Assembly: GCA_021298815.1 (NCBI GenBank) | Contig: JAJTHE010000006.1 | Coordinates: 1,780 to 65,779, forward strand | Source: Betaproteobacteria bacterium | GTDB lineage: Bacteria; Pseudomonadota; Gammaproteobacteria; Burkholderiales; CAIKXV01 | Length of the DNA: 64,000 bases | Reading direction: 5' to 3' | Shown here: positions 10,640 to 21,600 of the stretch, piece by piece | Numbering within the stretch: position 1 is the first letter of the stretch | How the letters are laid out: every line of letters starts with the position of its first letter | Made by a program: the position numbers and the translations under genes | The notes under the pieces: model-generated | The model's database searches: none | Told to the model about the DNA's origin: nothing | The model's input: only the letters and a program-made list of their open reading frames with translations

Positions 10640-11281
10640 TTACTGCGGCCGGGGTGCCGGCATCATCACCGGATGGGCCACCGCGGGCCCGAGCAGTGCA
10701 TCCCGGAAACGGCTGCGGATGTAGGGACCGTCGCGCATCGGCAGCGTCATCGGCGGCTGCACCGGGCTCACCTTCAGGTCGACGAACACCGGGCCCGGGC
10801 CGTAGATCGCCTCGAGCGCCGCCGCGAATCCGTCCTGCCCGGTGACGCAGGTGGCGACCGGGAAGCCCGCAGCGCGTGCGATGCCTGCCAGGTCGACGCC
10901 GCGCCCGGTATGCGTCCCCTGCATGCCGGTCTCGACATAGTGTTCGTTGTCCATCACCACGATGGACAGGTTCACCGGCTTCTCGCAGGCGATCGTCGCC
11001 AGGCTGCCCAGCCCCATCAGCATCTCGCCGTCGCCGGTGATGCACAGCACCCGCCGCGCCGGCTGCGCCAGCGCGAGGCCGCAGGCCACCATCGCGGCGC
11101 CGCCCATCCCGGCCCAGTTGTAGAAGTTCAGCGGACTGTCGCCGACCGAGAACACGTCGTAGCAGGTCGTGCCGAGGCCGGTGACCACCAGCGCGTCGCC
11201 GCGCCGGGCAAGGATCGACTCGACGAGGTCGCGGCGAAGCATCGGTGCCGCAGCGGTTGCAGGGGTGTTCGCGCTGGCCAT
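10640..11281 (-). CDS. ThDP-binding beta subunit of a split decarboxylase (ComE/phosphonopyruvate decarboxylase-like); start uncertain
   Basis: GMGGAAMVACGLA, TGDGEMLMGLGSL, MDNEHYVETGMQ. Confidence 0.8.
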   Translation of the reverse strand: MASANTPATAAAPMLRRDLVESILARRGDALVVTGLGTTCYDVFSVGDSPLNFYNWAGMGGAAMVACGLALAQPARRVLCITGDGEMLMGLGSLATIACEKPVNLSIVVMDNEHYVETGMQGTHTGRGVDLAGIARAAGFPVATCVTGQDGFAAALEAIYGPGPVFVDLKVSPVQPPMTLPMRDGPYIRSRFRDALLGPAVAHPVMMPAPRPQ

Positions 11282-11355
11282 GGAGGAATCCGTGTCGCTG
11301 CAGGTATCGGAGACCGCGGGGGTCTGCTTGTTCAGATGGCTGCTTGTTGCAGTAT

Positions 11356-11880
11356 CTACTTGTTCCAGTTCTTCGCGCCGATCGCCCGTTGCCCGATCAG
11401 CACCGCCACCGCACGGCCGGTGTTGAACGCCATGTGCGCGGCAGACCCGACGGTGGGCGCGATCTCGGCGGGCTGGTCGACGTGGTAGACCAGCGTGCCG
11501 ACGCTCTCGAGCGCAGCCCGCGTGCCTTGCCCCATCGGCAGCTGCCACGGATTGAACTCGGCCCATTCGCCGCGCATGGTCACCAGCATCAGCAGCGGCA
11601 CGCGCATCTCGATCGGCGCGGCCAGCATGTTGATCGTGTTGCCGACGCCGGACGACTGCATCAGCAGCACATGGCGATCGCCGCCGAGCCATGCACCGAG
11701 GCCCATCGCGACGCCCTCCTCCTCGGTGGTCAGCGACACCGTGTGCATCGCCGGGTTCGCCTGGCAGCGCTGGATCAGGCGGCTGTGCCCCGCGTCGGGC
11801 ACGTACGACACCTGGCGGATGCCGGCTGCCTCGAGTTCTGCGTATACGTCGTCCGGCCAGCCGGAAGTCACTTCTGCCAC
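11356..11880 (-). CDS. Alpha subunit of a split ThDP decarboxylase (ComD/phosphonopyruvate decarboxylase-like)
   Basis: YVPDAGH, TTEEEG, LMQSSGVGN, MRGEWAEFNPWQ. Confidence 0.85.
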   Translation of the reverse strand: MAEVTSGWPDDVYAELEAAGIRQVSYVPDAGHSRLIQRCQANPAMHTVSLTTEEEGVAMGLGAWLGGDRHVLLMQSSGVGNTINMLAAPIEMRVPLLMLVTMRGEWAEFNPWQLPMGQGTRAALESVGTLVYHVDQPAEIAPTVGSAAHMAFNTGRAVAVLIGQRAIGAKNWNK

Positions 11881-12064
11881 ATTCGTTGTCCACTGGGAGG
11901 CGTGCGCCGCGAAGGACGATCATAGGATTCGCTGTCCCCGATGGTCAAGCGCGCCTATAATCGAGGGCTGTCCTGATTCCCCCAGCCAAATACCCGGTCA
12001 GCGACCCGGCCGACGATCCGGACACGATCCTCGGCGACCCTGCCCGGACCGGAGCCGACCGCCG

Positions 12065-13231
12065 ATGAACGCACCACGACCCGACGATACCCACCAGCCA
12101 CTTCGCGAAGCCGTGCGCGACCTGTGCGGCGCCTTCGATGGTGAATACTGGCGCCGCGTGGACGAAGAGCGTGGCTACCCCGAGGCGTTCATCAAGGCCC
12201 TCGAGGAGGCCGGCTGGCTGGGCGCGCTGATCCCCGAGCAATACGGCGGGTCCGGCGTGAGCCTCACCGAGGCGTCGATCATCCTGGAAGAGATCAACCA
12301 TGCCGGAGGCAATTCCGGCTACGTCCACGCGCAGATGTACACCATGGGCACCGTGCTTCGCCACGGCTCCGAGGAGCAGAAGCGCAAGTACCTGCCGGGC
12401 ATCGCCTCCGGCAAGCTGCGCCTGCAGTCATTCGGCGTCACCGAGCCCTCCACCGGCACCGACACCACCAACCTGAAGACCACCGCGGTGCGCAAGGGCG
12501 ACCGCTACGTCGTCAACGGCCAGAAGGTGTGGATCTCCCGGGTGCTCTACTCCGACCTGATGCTGCTGCTCGCGCGCACCACGCCGAAGGACCAGTGCAA
12601 GCGCAAGTCCGACGGGCTGTCCGTGTTCATGGTCGACCTGAAGCAGTCGATCGGCAACGGCCTGACGGTCAAGCCGATCCGCAACATGATGAACCACCAG
12701 ACGAACGAACTGTTCTTCGACAACCTCGAGGTGCCGACCGAGAACCTGATCGGCGAGGAAGGGCGCGGCTTCAAGTACATCCTCGACGGCATGAACGCCG
12801 AACGCCTGCTGATTGCCGCCGAATGCATCGGCGACGGGCACTGGTTCATCGAGAAGGCCACGCAATACTCGAAGGACCGTGTGGTGTTCAACCGTCCGAT
12901 CGGCCAGAACCAGGGCATCCAGTTCCCGATCGCGCGCGCCCATGTCAACGTGGAGGCGGCCGACCTGATGCGCTTCAAGGGCTGCCAGATGTTCGATGCC
13001 GGCCTGCCCTGCGGCGCAGAGGCGAACATGGCCAAGCTGCTCGCCGCCGATGCATCCTGGGAGGCCGCGAATGTCTGCGTGCAGACCCATGGCGGCTTCG
13101 GCTTCGCGGCCGAGTACGACGTGGAGCGCAAGTTCCGCGAAACCAAGCTCTACCAGGTCGCCCCGATCTCGACCAACCTGATCCTCTCCTACATCGGCGA
13201 GCATGTGCTTGGCATGCCGCGCTCGTTCTGA
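12065..13231 (+). CDS. Acyl-CoA dehydrogenase
   Basis: IPEQYGG, VTEPSTGTD, NGQKVWIS, QTHGGFGF. Confidence 0.93.
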   Translation: MNAPRPDDTHQPLREAVRDLCGAFDGEYWRRVDEERGYPEAFIKALEEAGWLGALIPEQYGGSGVSLTEASIILEEINHAGGNSGYVHAQMYTMGTVLRHGSEEQKRKYLPGIASGKLRLQSFGVTEPSTGTDTTNLKTTAVRKGDRYVVNGQKVWISRVLYSDLMLLLARTTPKDQCKRKSDGLSVFMVDLKQSIGNGLTVKPIRNMMNHQTNELFFDNLEVPTENLIGEEGRGFKYILDGMNAERLLIAAECIGDGHWFIEKATQYSKDRVVFNRPIGQNQGIQFPIARAHVNVEAADLMRFKGCQMFDAGLPCGAEANMAKLLAADASWEAANVCVQTHGGFGFAAEYDVERKFRETKLYQVAPISTNLILSYIGEHVLGMPRSF

Positions 13232-13245
13232 ACGTCGGGCCACGA

Positions 13246-14463
13246 ATGGACAACGCAACCGCACAGGCGGCGACCGGCGCCGGCCGCCGTCCGCTGGAAG
13301 GCATCACGGTCGTGTCGATCGAACAGGCGGTGGCCGCACCGTTCGCCGCGCGCCAGCTCGGCGACCTCGGCGCGCGCGTGATCAAGGTCGAACGCCCGGA
13401 CGGCGGCGACTTCGCGCGCGGTTACGACAAGGCGGTCGACGGGCAGTCGGCCTACTTCGTCTGGCTCAACCGCAACAAGGAATCCCTGTCCCTCGACCTC
13501 AAGCAGGAGGCCGCGCGCGAAGTGCTGCACCGGCTGGTCGACGGCGCCGACGTGTTCATCCAGAACCTCGCTCCGGGCGCGGTCGACCGGCTCGGATTCG
13601 GCGCGGCGGCGCTGCGCGCGAAGCATCCGCGACTGGTCGTGTGCGAGATATCCGGCTACGGCGCGACCGGGCCCTATGCCGACAAGAAGGCATATGACCT
13701 GCTGATCCAGAGCGAGTCCGGCGTGCTGTCGGTCACCGGCACCCCGGACACGCCGTGCAAGGTCGGCGTATCGATCGCCGACATTGCCACCGGCATGCAT
13801 GCCTACTCGGCGATCCTCGCCGCACTGTACCGCCGCGAACGCGACGGCAGCGGCGCGCACATCGAGGTGCCGATGTTCGACTGCCTAGTCGAGTGGAACA
13901 GCCATCCGGTGTACTACACGCAGTACTCGGGCAATGCGCCGCGGCGCAGCGGGCCCGACCATGCGACGATCGTGCCCTACGGGAAGTTCGACTGCGCCGA
14001 TGGCCGCAGCGTGATGCTCGGCCTGCAGAACGAGCGCGAATGGGCGGTGTTCTGCGACAAGGTGCTCGGCCAGCCCGGCCTCGCGCGCGACAGCCGGTAC
14101 GACAGCAACACCAAGCGCACCGAACGGCGCGCCGAGATGATGGAGATCTTCCAGTCGGTGTTCTGCCGTATCACCGCCGCCGAACTGGTCGATCGGCTCG
14201 AGGCCGCCGGCATCGCCAACGGGCGCCTGAACACGCCGGCCGACGTCTGGGCACATCCGCAGCTCGAGGCGCGCGACCGCTGGCGCGCGGTCGCGCATCC
14301 GGGTGGCACGATGCGCGCGGTGCTGCCGCCGGCCGCGTTCGGCGATTTCGAGGCCGCGATGGCGCCGGTGCCGGCGCTCGCTGAACACACCGACCGGATC
14401 CTCGCCGAGCTGGGCTACGGCGCAGAATCCATCCGTTCGCTGCACGACACCCGCGCCGTCTGA
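13246..14463 (+). CDS. Family III (CaiB/BaiF) CoA transferase
   Basis: AVAAPFAARQLGDLGARVIKVERPDGGD, NRNKES, AYDLLIQ, SIADIATG. Confidence 0.93.
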   Translation: MDNATAQAATGAGRRPLEGITVVSIEQAVAAPFAARQLGDLGARVIKVERPDGGDFARGYDKAVDGQSAYFVWLNRNKESLSLDLKQEAAREVLHRLVDGADVFIQNLAPGAVDRLGFGAAALRAKHPRLVVCEISGYGATGPYADKKAYDLLIQSESGVLSVTGTPDTPCKVGVSIADIATGMHAYSAILAALYRRERDGSGAHIEVPMFDCLVEWNSHPVYYTQYSGNAPRRSGPDHATIVPYGKFDCADGRSVMLGLQNEREWAVFCDKVLGQPGLARDSRYDSNTKRTERRAEMMEIFQSVFCRITAAELVDRLEAAGIANGRLNTPADVWAHPQLEARDRWRAVAHPGGTMRAVLPPAAFGDFEAAMAPVPALAEHTDRILAELGYGAESIRSLHDTRAV

Positions 14464-14526
14464 GCGTGGCGCGCCGCCGCGCGCCGCGCACCCGCAAGCC
14501 AAGGCTCGAACAGGAGGAGAAAAGCG

Positions 14527-15918
14527 ATGAACGTCCCGCCAACACGACCTGAAGCCGGCGAGACCGCCGCGCTGTCCGCCTTCCTCGCTTCGCTGCAGTA
14601 CGGACAGATCCCCGCCCACGTGGTCGCGCGCTGCGAAGACCTGTTCCTCGACTGGTTCGCCTGCACGATCGCCGGCCGGTCGGCGCGTCCGGTCAAGGTC
14701 TTCGAGTCGTTCGCCGCCACCATGGGTCCGGCAGGCGCCACGTCCGCCACCGGCGCCCAGCTGCTGACCAATCGCACCTTCTCGTCGCCGCTGTTCGCGG
14801 CGATGGTCAACGCGGCGGCCTCGCACGTGGTCGAACAGGACGACCTGCACAACAGTTCGGTCCTGCATCCGGCGACCGTGGTGTTTCCCGCTGCGCTCGC
14901 CACTGCGCAGGCCATCGGCGCCTCGGGCCGTGACTTCATCGCTGCCTGCGTCGCCGGCTACGAATGCGGCATCCGCGTCGGCGAGTTCCTCGGACGTTCC
15001 CACTACCGCGTGTTCCATACCACCGGCACGGCCGGCACCCTTGCCGCGGCCGCCGCGGTCGGCCACCTGCTGAAGCTCGACGCCGACCGCATGCAGCATG
15101 CGCTGGGCTCGGCCGGCACGCAGGCCGCGGGCCTCTGGGAGTTCCTGCGCGACGCCGCCGACTCGAAGCAGCTGCACACGGCCAAGGCGGCCGCCAACGG
15201 CCTGACCGCCGCATGGCTGGCGCGCGACGGCTTCACCGGCGCGCGGCGCATCCTGGAAGGCCCGACCGGGATGGCGGCAGGCATGTCGACCGACGCCGAC
15301 CCGGCCTGCCTGGTCGACCGTCTCGGCGAACGCTGGGCGCTGGCCGAGACCTCGTTCAAGTTCCATGCATCCTGCCGCCACACGCACCCGGCGGCCGACG
15401 CGCTGCTCGAACTGATGCAGTCCAACGCCCTGACCGCGGATGCGATAGCGTCCGTGCGCTGCCATGTGCACCAGGGGGCGATCGACGTGCTCGGTCCGGT
15501 GACCGATCCGCGCTCGATCCACCAGTCCAAGTTCTCGATGGGGTTCGTGCTCGCCCAGATCGCCCTGCATGGCCGCGCGGGGCTGGGCGAGTTCACCGAT
15601 CCAGCGCTGCGCGACGCGAAGGTGCGGGCCTTCCTGCAGCGCGTCACCATGGTGCTCGACCCGGAGGTCGATGGCGCGTACCCGAAGCGCTGGCTGGGGC
15701 GAGTCGAGGTCACCACGACCGACGGCCGGACGTTCGAGCAGCGGGTGGACACGCCCAAGGGCGACCCGGGCAACACGCTGTCCCGCCCGGAGCTCGAGGA
15801 CAAGGCACTGCGCCTGGCCGCCTATGCCGACGGCGCATCACCCGACGAGATGCGCCGCGTGATTGCGCGCTGCTGGCGGCTGCACGATGAAACCGGCCTG
15901 CGCGACTGGCTCGCCTGA
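14527..15918 (+). CDS. MmgE/PrpD family protein
   Basis: SHVVEQDDLH, LHP, FHTTGT, KFHASCRHTH, KFSMGF. Confidence 0.92.
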   Translation: MNVPPTRPEAGETAALSAFLASLQYGQIPAHVVARCEDLFLDWFACTIAGRSARPVKVFESFAATMGPAGATSATGAQLLTNRTFSSPLFAAMVNAAASHVVEQDDLHNSSVLHPATVVFPAALATAQAIGASGRDFIAACVAGYECGIRVGEFLGRSHYRVFHTTGTAGTLAAAAAVGHLLKLDADRMQHALGSAGTQAAGLWEFLRDAADSKQLHTAKAAANGLTAAWLARDGFTGARRILEGPTGMAAGMSTDADPACLVDRLGERWALAETSFKFHASCRHTHPAADALLELMQSNALTADAIASVRCHVHQGAIDVLGPVTDPRSIHQSKFSMGFVLAQIALHGRAGLGEFTDPALRDAKVRAFLQRVTMVLDPEVDGAYPKRWLGRVEVTTTDGRTFEQRVDTPKGDPGNTLSRPELEDKALRLAAYADGASPDEMRRVIARCWRLHDETGLRDWLA

Positions 15919-15985
15919 TCGACGGGCACGCGGTGGCCAGTCCGCCGCCAGGCCAGCAGACCTGAATGCAACGGAGGAACACGCG

Positions 15986-17005
15986 ATGAAGAACGTTTCC
16001 GGGATCCCGGACGGCATGGCCCGCGCACTCGCCGGCGGTACGGCAGCCGCCGCCGTGCTCGCGACCGCATCCCTCGCCGCCCTGCCGGCGACCGCGCTCG
16101 CGCAGCAGGCCTGGCCGGTGAAGCCGGTGCGCATGCTGATTCCCTGGCCGCCCGGCGGCTCGAACGATGTCGCGGGGCGCATCGTCGCCCCCCGGCTCGC
16201 CGACGCCCTCGGGCAGCCGGTCACCATCGAGAACCGGGGCGGCGCCGCAGGTACCGTCGGCGCCGACGTCGTCGCCCGTTCCGAACCCGATGGATATACG
16301 CTGATGCTGCATTCTGTCACCCATCTGTCGAACGCGGCGCTCTACCTGAAGCTCTCGTACGACACGGTGAAGGACTTCACGCCGATCGGCATGGTGTCGA
16401 CGCAACCGACGCTGCTCGTCGTACATCCGTCGTTCCCGGTCAAGTCGGTGAAGGACCTGATCGCGCTGGCACGCGCGAAGCCGAAGCAGGTGCTGTACGG
16501 CTCGGCCGGCAACGGCAGCGCGCCGCACCTGTCGATGACGCTGTTCTCCTCCATGGCCAAGGTGGAACTCGAGCACATCCCCTACAAGGGCGGCGGGCCT
16601 GCACTCGCCGGCCTGCTCGGCGGCGAAGTGCCGCTGATGCTGGCGACCGTGCCGTCGGTGATGGGACAGGTCAAGGCCGGAAAGCTGCGCGCGGTAGCGA
16701 CCACCTCTGCCCGGCGGCTGCCGATGCTGCCCGACATCCCGACCGTCTCCGAGTCGGGCCTGCCCGGCTACGAGATGAGCCCGTGGATGGGCATGTGGGG
16801 GCCGGCGCGGCTCGCGCGGCCGATCGTCGACCAGGTGAACCGGGCGCTGGCGAAGACGCTGTCCGCGCCCGACGTGCGCGAACAGTTCCTGCAGCAGGGC
16901 CTGGAGCCCATGCCGATGAGCGTGGAGGAGTTCAGCGCGCTGATCCCGCGCGAGATAGAACGTTATGCCCGGCTGATCAAGCTGTCGGGCGCACGCGTCG
17001 AATAG
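15986..17005 (+). CDS. Bug/TctC substrate-binding protein
   Basis: WPVKPVRMLIPWPPGGSND, ENRGGAAG, HIPYKGGGPA. Confidence 0.92.
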   Translation: MKNVSGIPDGMARALAGGTAAAAVLATASLAALPATALAQQAWPVKPVRMLIPWPPGGSNDVAGRIVAPRLADALGQPVTIENRGGAAGTVGADVVARSEPDGYTLMLHSVTHLSNAALYLKLSYDTVKDFTPIGMVSTQPTLLVVHPSFPVKSVKDLIALARAKPKQVLYGSAGNGSAPHLSMTLFSSMAKVELEHIPYKGGGPALAGLLGGEVPLMLATVPSVMGQVKAGKLRAVATTSARRLPMLPDIPTVSESGLPGYEMSPWMGMWGPARLARPIVDQVNRALAKTLSAPDVREQFLQQGLEPMPMSVEEFSALIPREIERYARLIKLSGARVE

Positions 17006-17023
17006 CCCTGCCGGAGACCGCCC

Positions 17024-18205
17024 GTGCCCAGGATCGTCGCCATCAACCAGGGCATCGCGCCCATCGCCTCCGCCATCCGCAATGCGTACATCGACTTCAC
17101 GCGGATGAACGCGAGCATCGTCGCGGTGGTCACCGACGTGGTGCGCGACGGTCGCCCGGTGGTCGGCTACGGCTTCAACTCGAACGGCCGCTATGCGCAG
17201 GAGGGCCTGCTGCGCGAGCGCTTCATCCCGCGCCTGCTCGAGGCGGATCCTGCGACGCTGCTGGACGAAACCGGCGACAACCTGGACCCGCACAAGGCCT
17301 GGGCCTGCATGTTCGCCAACGAGAAGCCCGGCGGCCACGGCGAACGTTCGGTCGCGATGGGCGTGCTCGACATGGCGTTGTGGGATGCAGTGGCGAAGAT
17401 CGAGCGCAAGCCGCTGTGGCGCCTGCTCGCCGACCGCTACCGCGGCGGCGAGGCGGATGGCCGCGTCTTCGTCTACGCGGCCGGCGGCTACTACCATCCC
17501 GGGAAGGACCTCGGCGCGCTGCAGGACGAGATGCGCGGCTACCTCGACCTCGGCTATTCGGTGGTCAAGATGAAGATCGGCGACGGACTCGACGAAGACC
17601 TGCGCCGGATCGACGCCGTGCTGGAGGTGGTCGGCAGCGGCGACCGCCTCGCGGTCGATGCCAACGGGCGATTCGACCTCGACACCGCGGTCGCCTATGC
17701 GAAGGCGCTCGCCCCGTACGGCCTGTTCTGGTACGAGGAAGCCGGCGACCCGCTCGACTACGCGCTGCAGGCAGCGCTGGCGGAACACTATCCGCACCCG
17801 ATGGCCACCGGCGAGAACCTGTTTTCGATGCAGGACGCGCGCAACCTGGTGCGCTACGGCGGCATGCGCGCCGACCGCGACTGGCTGCAGTTCGACTGCG
17901 CGCTCTCCTACGGCCTGGTCGAGTACCTGCGCACGCTCGGCATGCTGCATGCGCATGGCTGGTCGCCGCGTCGCTGCATACCCCATGGCGGCCACCAGAT
18001 GTCGCTCAACATCGCCGCCGGCCTGGGACTGGGCGGCAACGAGTCCTACCCCGGCGTTTTCCAGCCGTTCGGCGGCTTCGCCGACGGAATCCCGGTGGAA
18101 GATGGCCATGTGCGCCTGCCCGACACGCCCGGCATCGGCTTCGAGGCCAAGTCGAAGCTGTTCGCGGTGCTGTCCGCCCTCGACGGCACCGGCGGCACGC
18201 GATGA
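17024..18205 (+). CDS. tarD: Enolase-superfamily enzyme, D-tartrate dehydratase-like
   Basis: IRNAYIDF...GYGFNSNGRY, KMKIG, VDANG, WYEE, TGEN, PHGGH match the TarD subgroup of the mandelate racemase family. Confidence 0.75.
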   Translation: MPRIVAINQGIAPIASAIRNAYIDFTRMNASIVAVVTDVVRDGRPVVGYGFNSNGRYAQEGLLRERFIPRLLEADPATLLDETGDNLDPHKAWACMFANEKPGGHGERSVAMGVLDMALWDAVAKIERKPLWRLLADRYRGGEADGRVFVYAAGGYYHPGKDLGALQDEMRGYLDLGYSVVKMKIGDGLDEDLRRIDAVLEVVGSGDRLAVDANGRFDLDTAVAYAKALAPYGLFWYEEAGDPLDYALQAALAEHYPHPMATGENLFSMQDARNLVRYGGMRADRDWLQFDCALSYGLVEYLRTLGMLHAHGWSPRRCIPHGGHQMSLNIAAGLGLGGNESYPGVFQPFGGFADGIPVEDGHVRLPDTPGIGFEAKSKLFAVLSALDGTGGTR

Positions 18206-18579
18206 AGTTCCACCTCGCCGACACCGACGGCCTGAACACGATCACCGGGCACGGGCCGGGGCATGTGCTCGTCAACGGCATGCGCCATGACCGGCCCCTG
18301 CTGGTAGGCCCGGACGTCGGTCCGCTGGACTGGGCGGTGGCGGGCTTCGGCCTGCTCACCGAGGCGGATTTTGCTGCCCTGCTGCAGCACGAACCCGAAC
18401 TCGTCCTGCTCGGCACCGGGCAGCGGCTGCGCTTCCCCGCCCCCGGGCTGATCCGCGGCCTCGCGCAGGCACGCGTGGGCATCGAGGTGATGGATACGCC
18501 CGCGGCCTGCCGCACCTACAACATCCTCACCGGCGAGGCCCGGCGCGTACTCGCCGCCCTGCTGTTCGATCCGGCCTGA
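18202..18579 (+). CDS. Mth938-like domain protein
   Basis: PELVLLGTG...EVMDTPAACRTYNIL. Confidence 0.9.
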   Translation: MKFHLADTDGLNTITGHGPGHVLVNGMRHDRPLLVGPDVGPLDWAVAGFGLLTEADFAALLQHEPELVLLGTGQRLRFPAPGLIRGLAQARVGIEVMDTPAACRTYNILTGEARRVLAALLFDPA

Positions 18580-18608
18580 TCCGGCCGGGTCTGGCCGGGT
18601 CCGTCGCC

Positions 18609-21600
18609 TCAGGCCGCCGCGCTGTGCCGCAGGCGGTCGTTGGCCAGGGCCTGCGCGAATGCAGCCGCCGGCATCGGCGGGCCGAAGTAGAAGCCCTGCA
18701 CGTCGTCGCAGCCATGCTCGCGCAGGAACTGCAGCTGCTCGCGCGTCTCCACACCTTCGGCGACCACGCGCAGCTTCAGGCTGTGCGCCATCGCGATCAC
18801 CGAACGGGTGATCGCCGCGTCGTCGGCATCGCCCGGCAGGTCCTGGATGAACGAGCGGTCGATCTTCAGGCAGTCGACCGGGAACCGCTTCAGCTGCGCC
18901 AGCGAGGAATAGCCGGTGCCGAAATCGTCGATCGACAGGTGGCAACCCATGCCCTTCAGCGCCGACAGCAGGCCGATCGCCTGGTCCGGGTTGTCCATCA
19001 CCATGCTTTCGGTGATCTCCAGTTCCAGCTGGCCGGGCGCGAGCGCATGGTGCTCGATCGCGCGCGCGATCGAGTCGACCAGCATGCCATGCGCGAACTG
19101 CCACGCGGACAGGTTTACGGCCACGGCGATCGAAGGCAACCCGGGGACCTGCCAGGTGCACGCCTCCCGGCAGGCCTGCTCGAGCACCCATTCGCCGATC
19201 GGCACGATCAGTCCGGTCTCCTCGGCGAGCGGGATGAACTGCGCCGGCGGCACCAGCCCCATCTGCGGATGGTTCCAGCGCAGCAGCGCCTCCGCGCCGG
19301 CGATGCGCTGGCTCGCCAGCTCGATGCGCGGCTGGTACCAGAGTTCCATTTCGCCGCGATCGAGGGCGCGCCGCAGCGACGCCTCCAGCATCAGGCGCTC
19401 GAACGAGTGGGCGTTTAGCTGCGCCGAGTAGAACTGGAACTTGTTCTTGCCCAGTTCCTTCGCACGGTACATCGCGACGTCGGCGTTGCGCAGGAGCTGT
19501 TGCCGGTCCGCGCCGTCGTCCGGGTAGCCGGCGATGCCGATGCTGGCGGTGATGTGGAACTCCTGGCCCTCGGCGATGAACGGGCGCGAGATCGACTGCA
19601 GGACCTTGCCTGCGATGCCGGCCACCGCGGTGACCTCCGCGAGGTCCTCGATCACGATCACGAACTCGTCGCCGCCGAGGCGGCATACGGTGTCGCTCGC
19701 GCGCAGGCAGTCGCGCAAGCGGTTCGCAGCCTCGCACAGCACGCGGTCGCCAGCCTCGTGGCCTAGCGAATCGTTGACCATCTTGAAGCGGTCGAGGTCG
19801 ACGAACATCACCGCGACGCGCCGCGCGCTGCGCGCCGCGTTGAGGATCGCCTGCTCGAGGTGGTGGTTGAATGCGGCGCGGTTCGGCAGTTCGGTCAGCG
19901 GGTCGTAGTTGGCCAGGTACTGCAGGCGCTCCTCGCTCACCTTGCGCTGGCTGATGTCGGTGGCCACGATCACGAAGTGGGTCACCTCGCCCACGTCGCT
20001 GCGCACCGCGCAGACCGACACCCACTCGGGATACACCTCGCCGTTGCTGCGCCTGCCCCACCACTCGCCCTGCCACTTTCCCTCCGAGCGCACGACGTCC
20101 CACATCGCCTGGTAGTCGGAGAGCGTGTTGCGGTCCGAACGCAGCATGTCGAGCCTGCGTCCCAGGACCTCCCCCCGCTCGTAGCCGGTGACCAGCGAGA
20201 ACGCCGGGTTGACGTCGACGATGCAGCCGCGATCGTCGGTGACGACGATGCTCTCGGCCGCGCTCTCCACGGTCTTGCCGGCGAGTCGCAGCTTGGTCTC
20301 GGCTTCCTTGCGGTCGATGAACTGGCCGAGCTGCAGTCCGATCGCCTGAACCGTGTCGAGCAGCGCGCGATCAGGCGTGCGACGCACCCGGCTGAAGAAC
20401 TCGAAGACGCCGATGGTCGTCTCGCGCGACCGGATCGGGAACGCCAGCGCGGAGACCAGTCCCGCCGCCGCCGCCGCCGCTCCACGGCGCATGACAAGGC
20501 CGGGCTCGCTGATGTCCTCGACCCAGACGCTGGCATTGTCCCGCCAGACGCGGCGGGCGATCCCACCGGGCTTGTCGGGGCTGCTGCGCGCCGCCCGGCT
20601 CGCCTCCAGGAAGCGTTCCATTTCCGGCGAGCTGTCGGCCCAGGCTTCGGCCATGTAGAGCGCGCCCGATGCGGCGTCATGCAGCAGCAGGCCACCATAG
20701 TCCCAGCGCAACCGGGTGCAGATGGTCTCGATGATGCGTACGATCGTCGGCTGCACCGGCCCGCTCTCGGCGAGGGTCGCGGTGACCTCGTGTTCCATCG
20801 CCCGCCTCGCCTCCTCCCACTTGCGTTCGGTCACGTTGCGGCCGGTGCCGCGGTAGCCCAGGAAGCGCCCGCTCTCGTCGGTGATCGGGCGCCCGCTCAC
20901 CGTCACGTAGTGCAGCTCGCCATCGGCATGGCGCAGGCGCAGTTCGATGTCGCGGAAGCCCTCGTGCGCGACCAGGCGGGCCTCCAGCGCGGTCCAGAAC
21001 GCATCGGGCATGTCGAACACCTTCACCTCGCGCCAGTGCCGGAACACGCACTCCTCCGGGGCGATGCCGGCTTGCTCGAACGCCTGCCCCGAGACTTCGG
21101 TGAAGCGCAGGAACCGGTCCTGCTCCCAGTACCAGTCGGACGACAGTTCGGTGAGGCTGCGGAAGCGCTCCTCGCTCTTGGTGACCGCCTCGACCATCTT
21201 CCAGTTGCGCGTGACGTCGGCGAGCGTCCCGGCCAGCCGCTGCGGCCGGCCGAACTCGTCGCTCGCGACCACCTTGCCGGTGGCATGGACATGGCGCCAC
21301 TGCCCGGAGCGGGTCTGCACCCGATGCTGCATCGAGTACTGGTCGGTGGCACCGGTGGCGACCTGGTCGAGCGCACGCTCGACCGCAGCGAGGTCGTTCG
21401 GATGCAGCATCTCGAGGAACTCGTCGGTGGTGCGCGTCACCGCACGCGCCGGGTCGCCGATCATCACGGACCAATGTTCGGTCAGGTAGAGCGAGCCGGA
21501 CGCGAGGTCGAGGTCGAACAGCGCGACCTCGGAGGCCTGTAGCGCGAGGTCGAGCCGCTGTTCGGCGTCGCGGATCTGCAGCTGCGTGGCCTTGCGCTCG

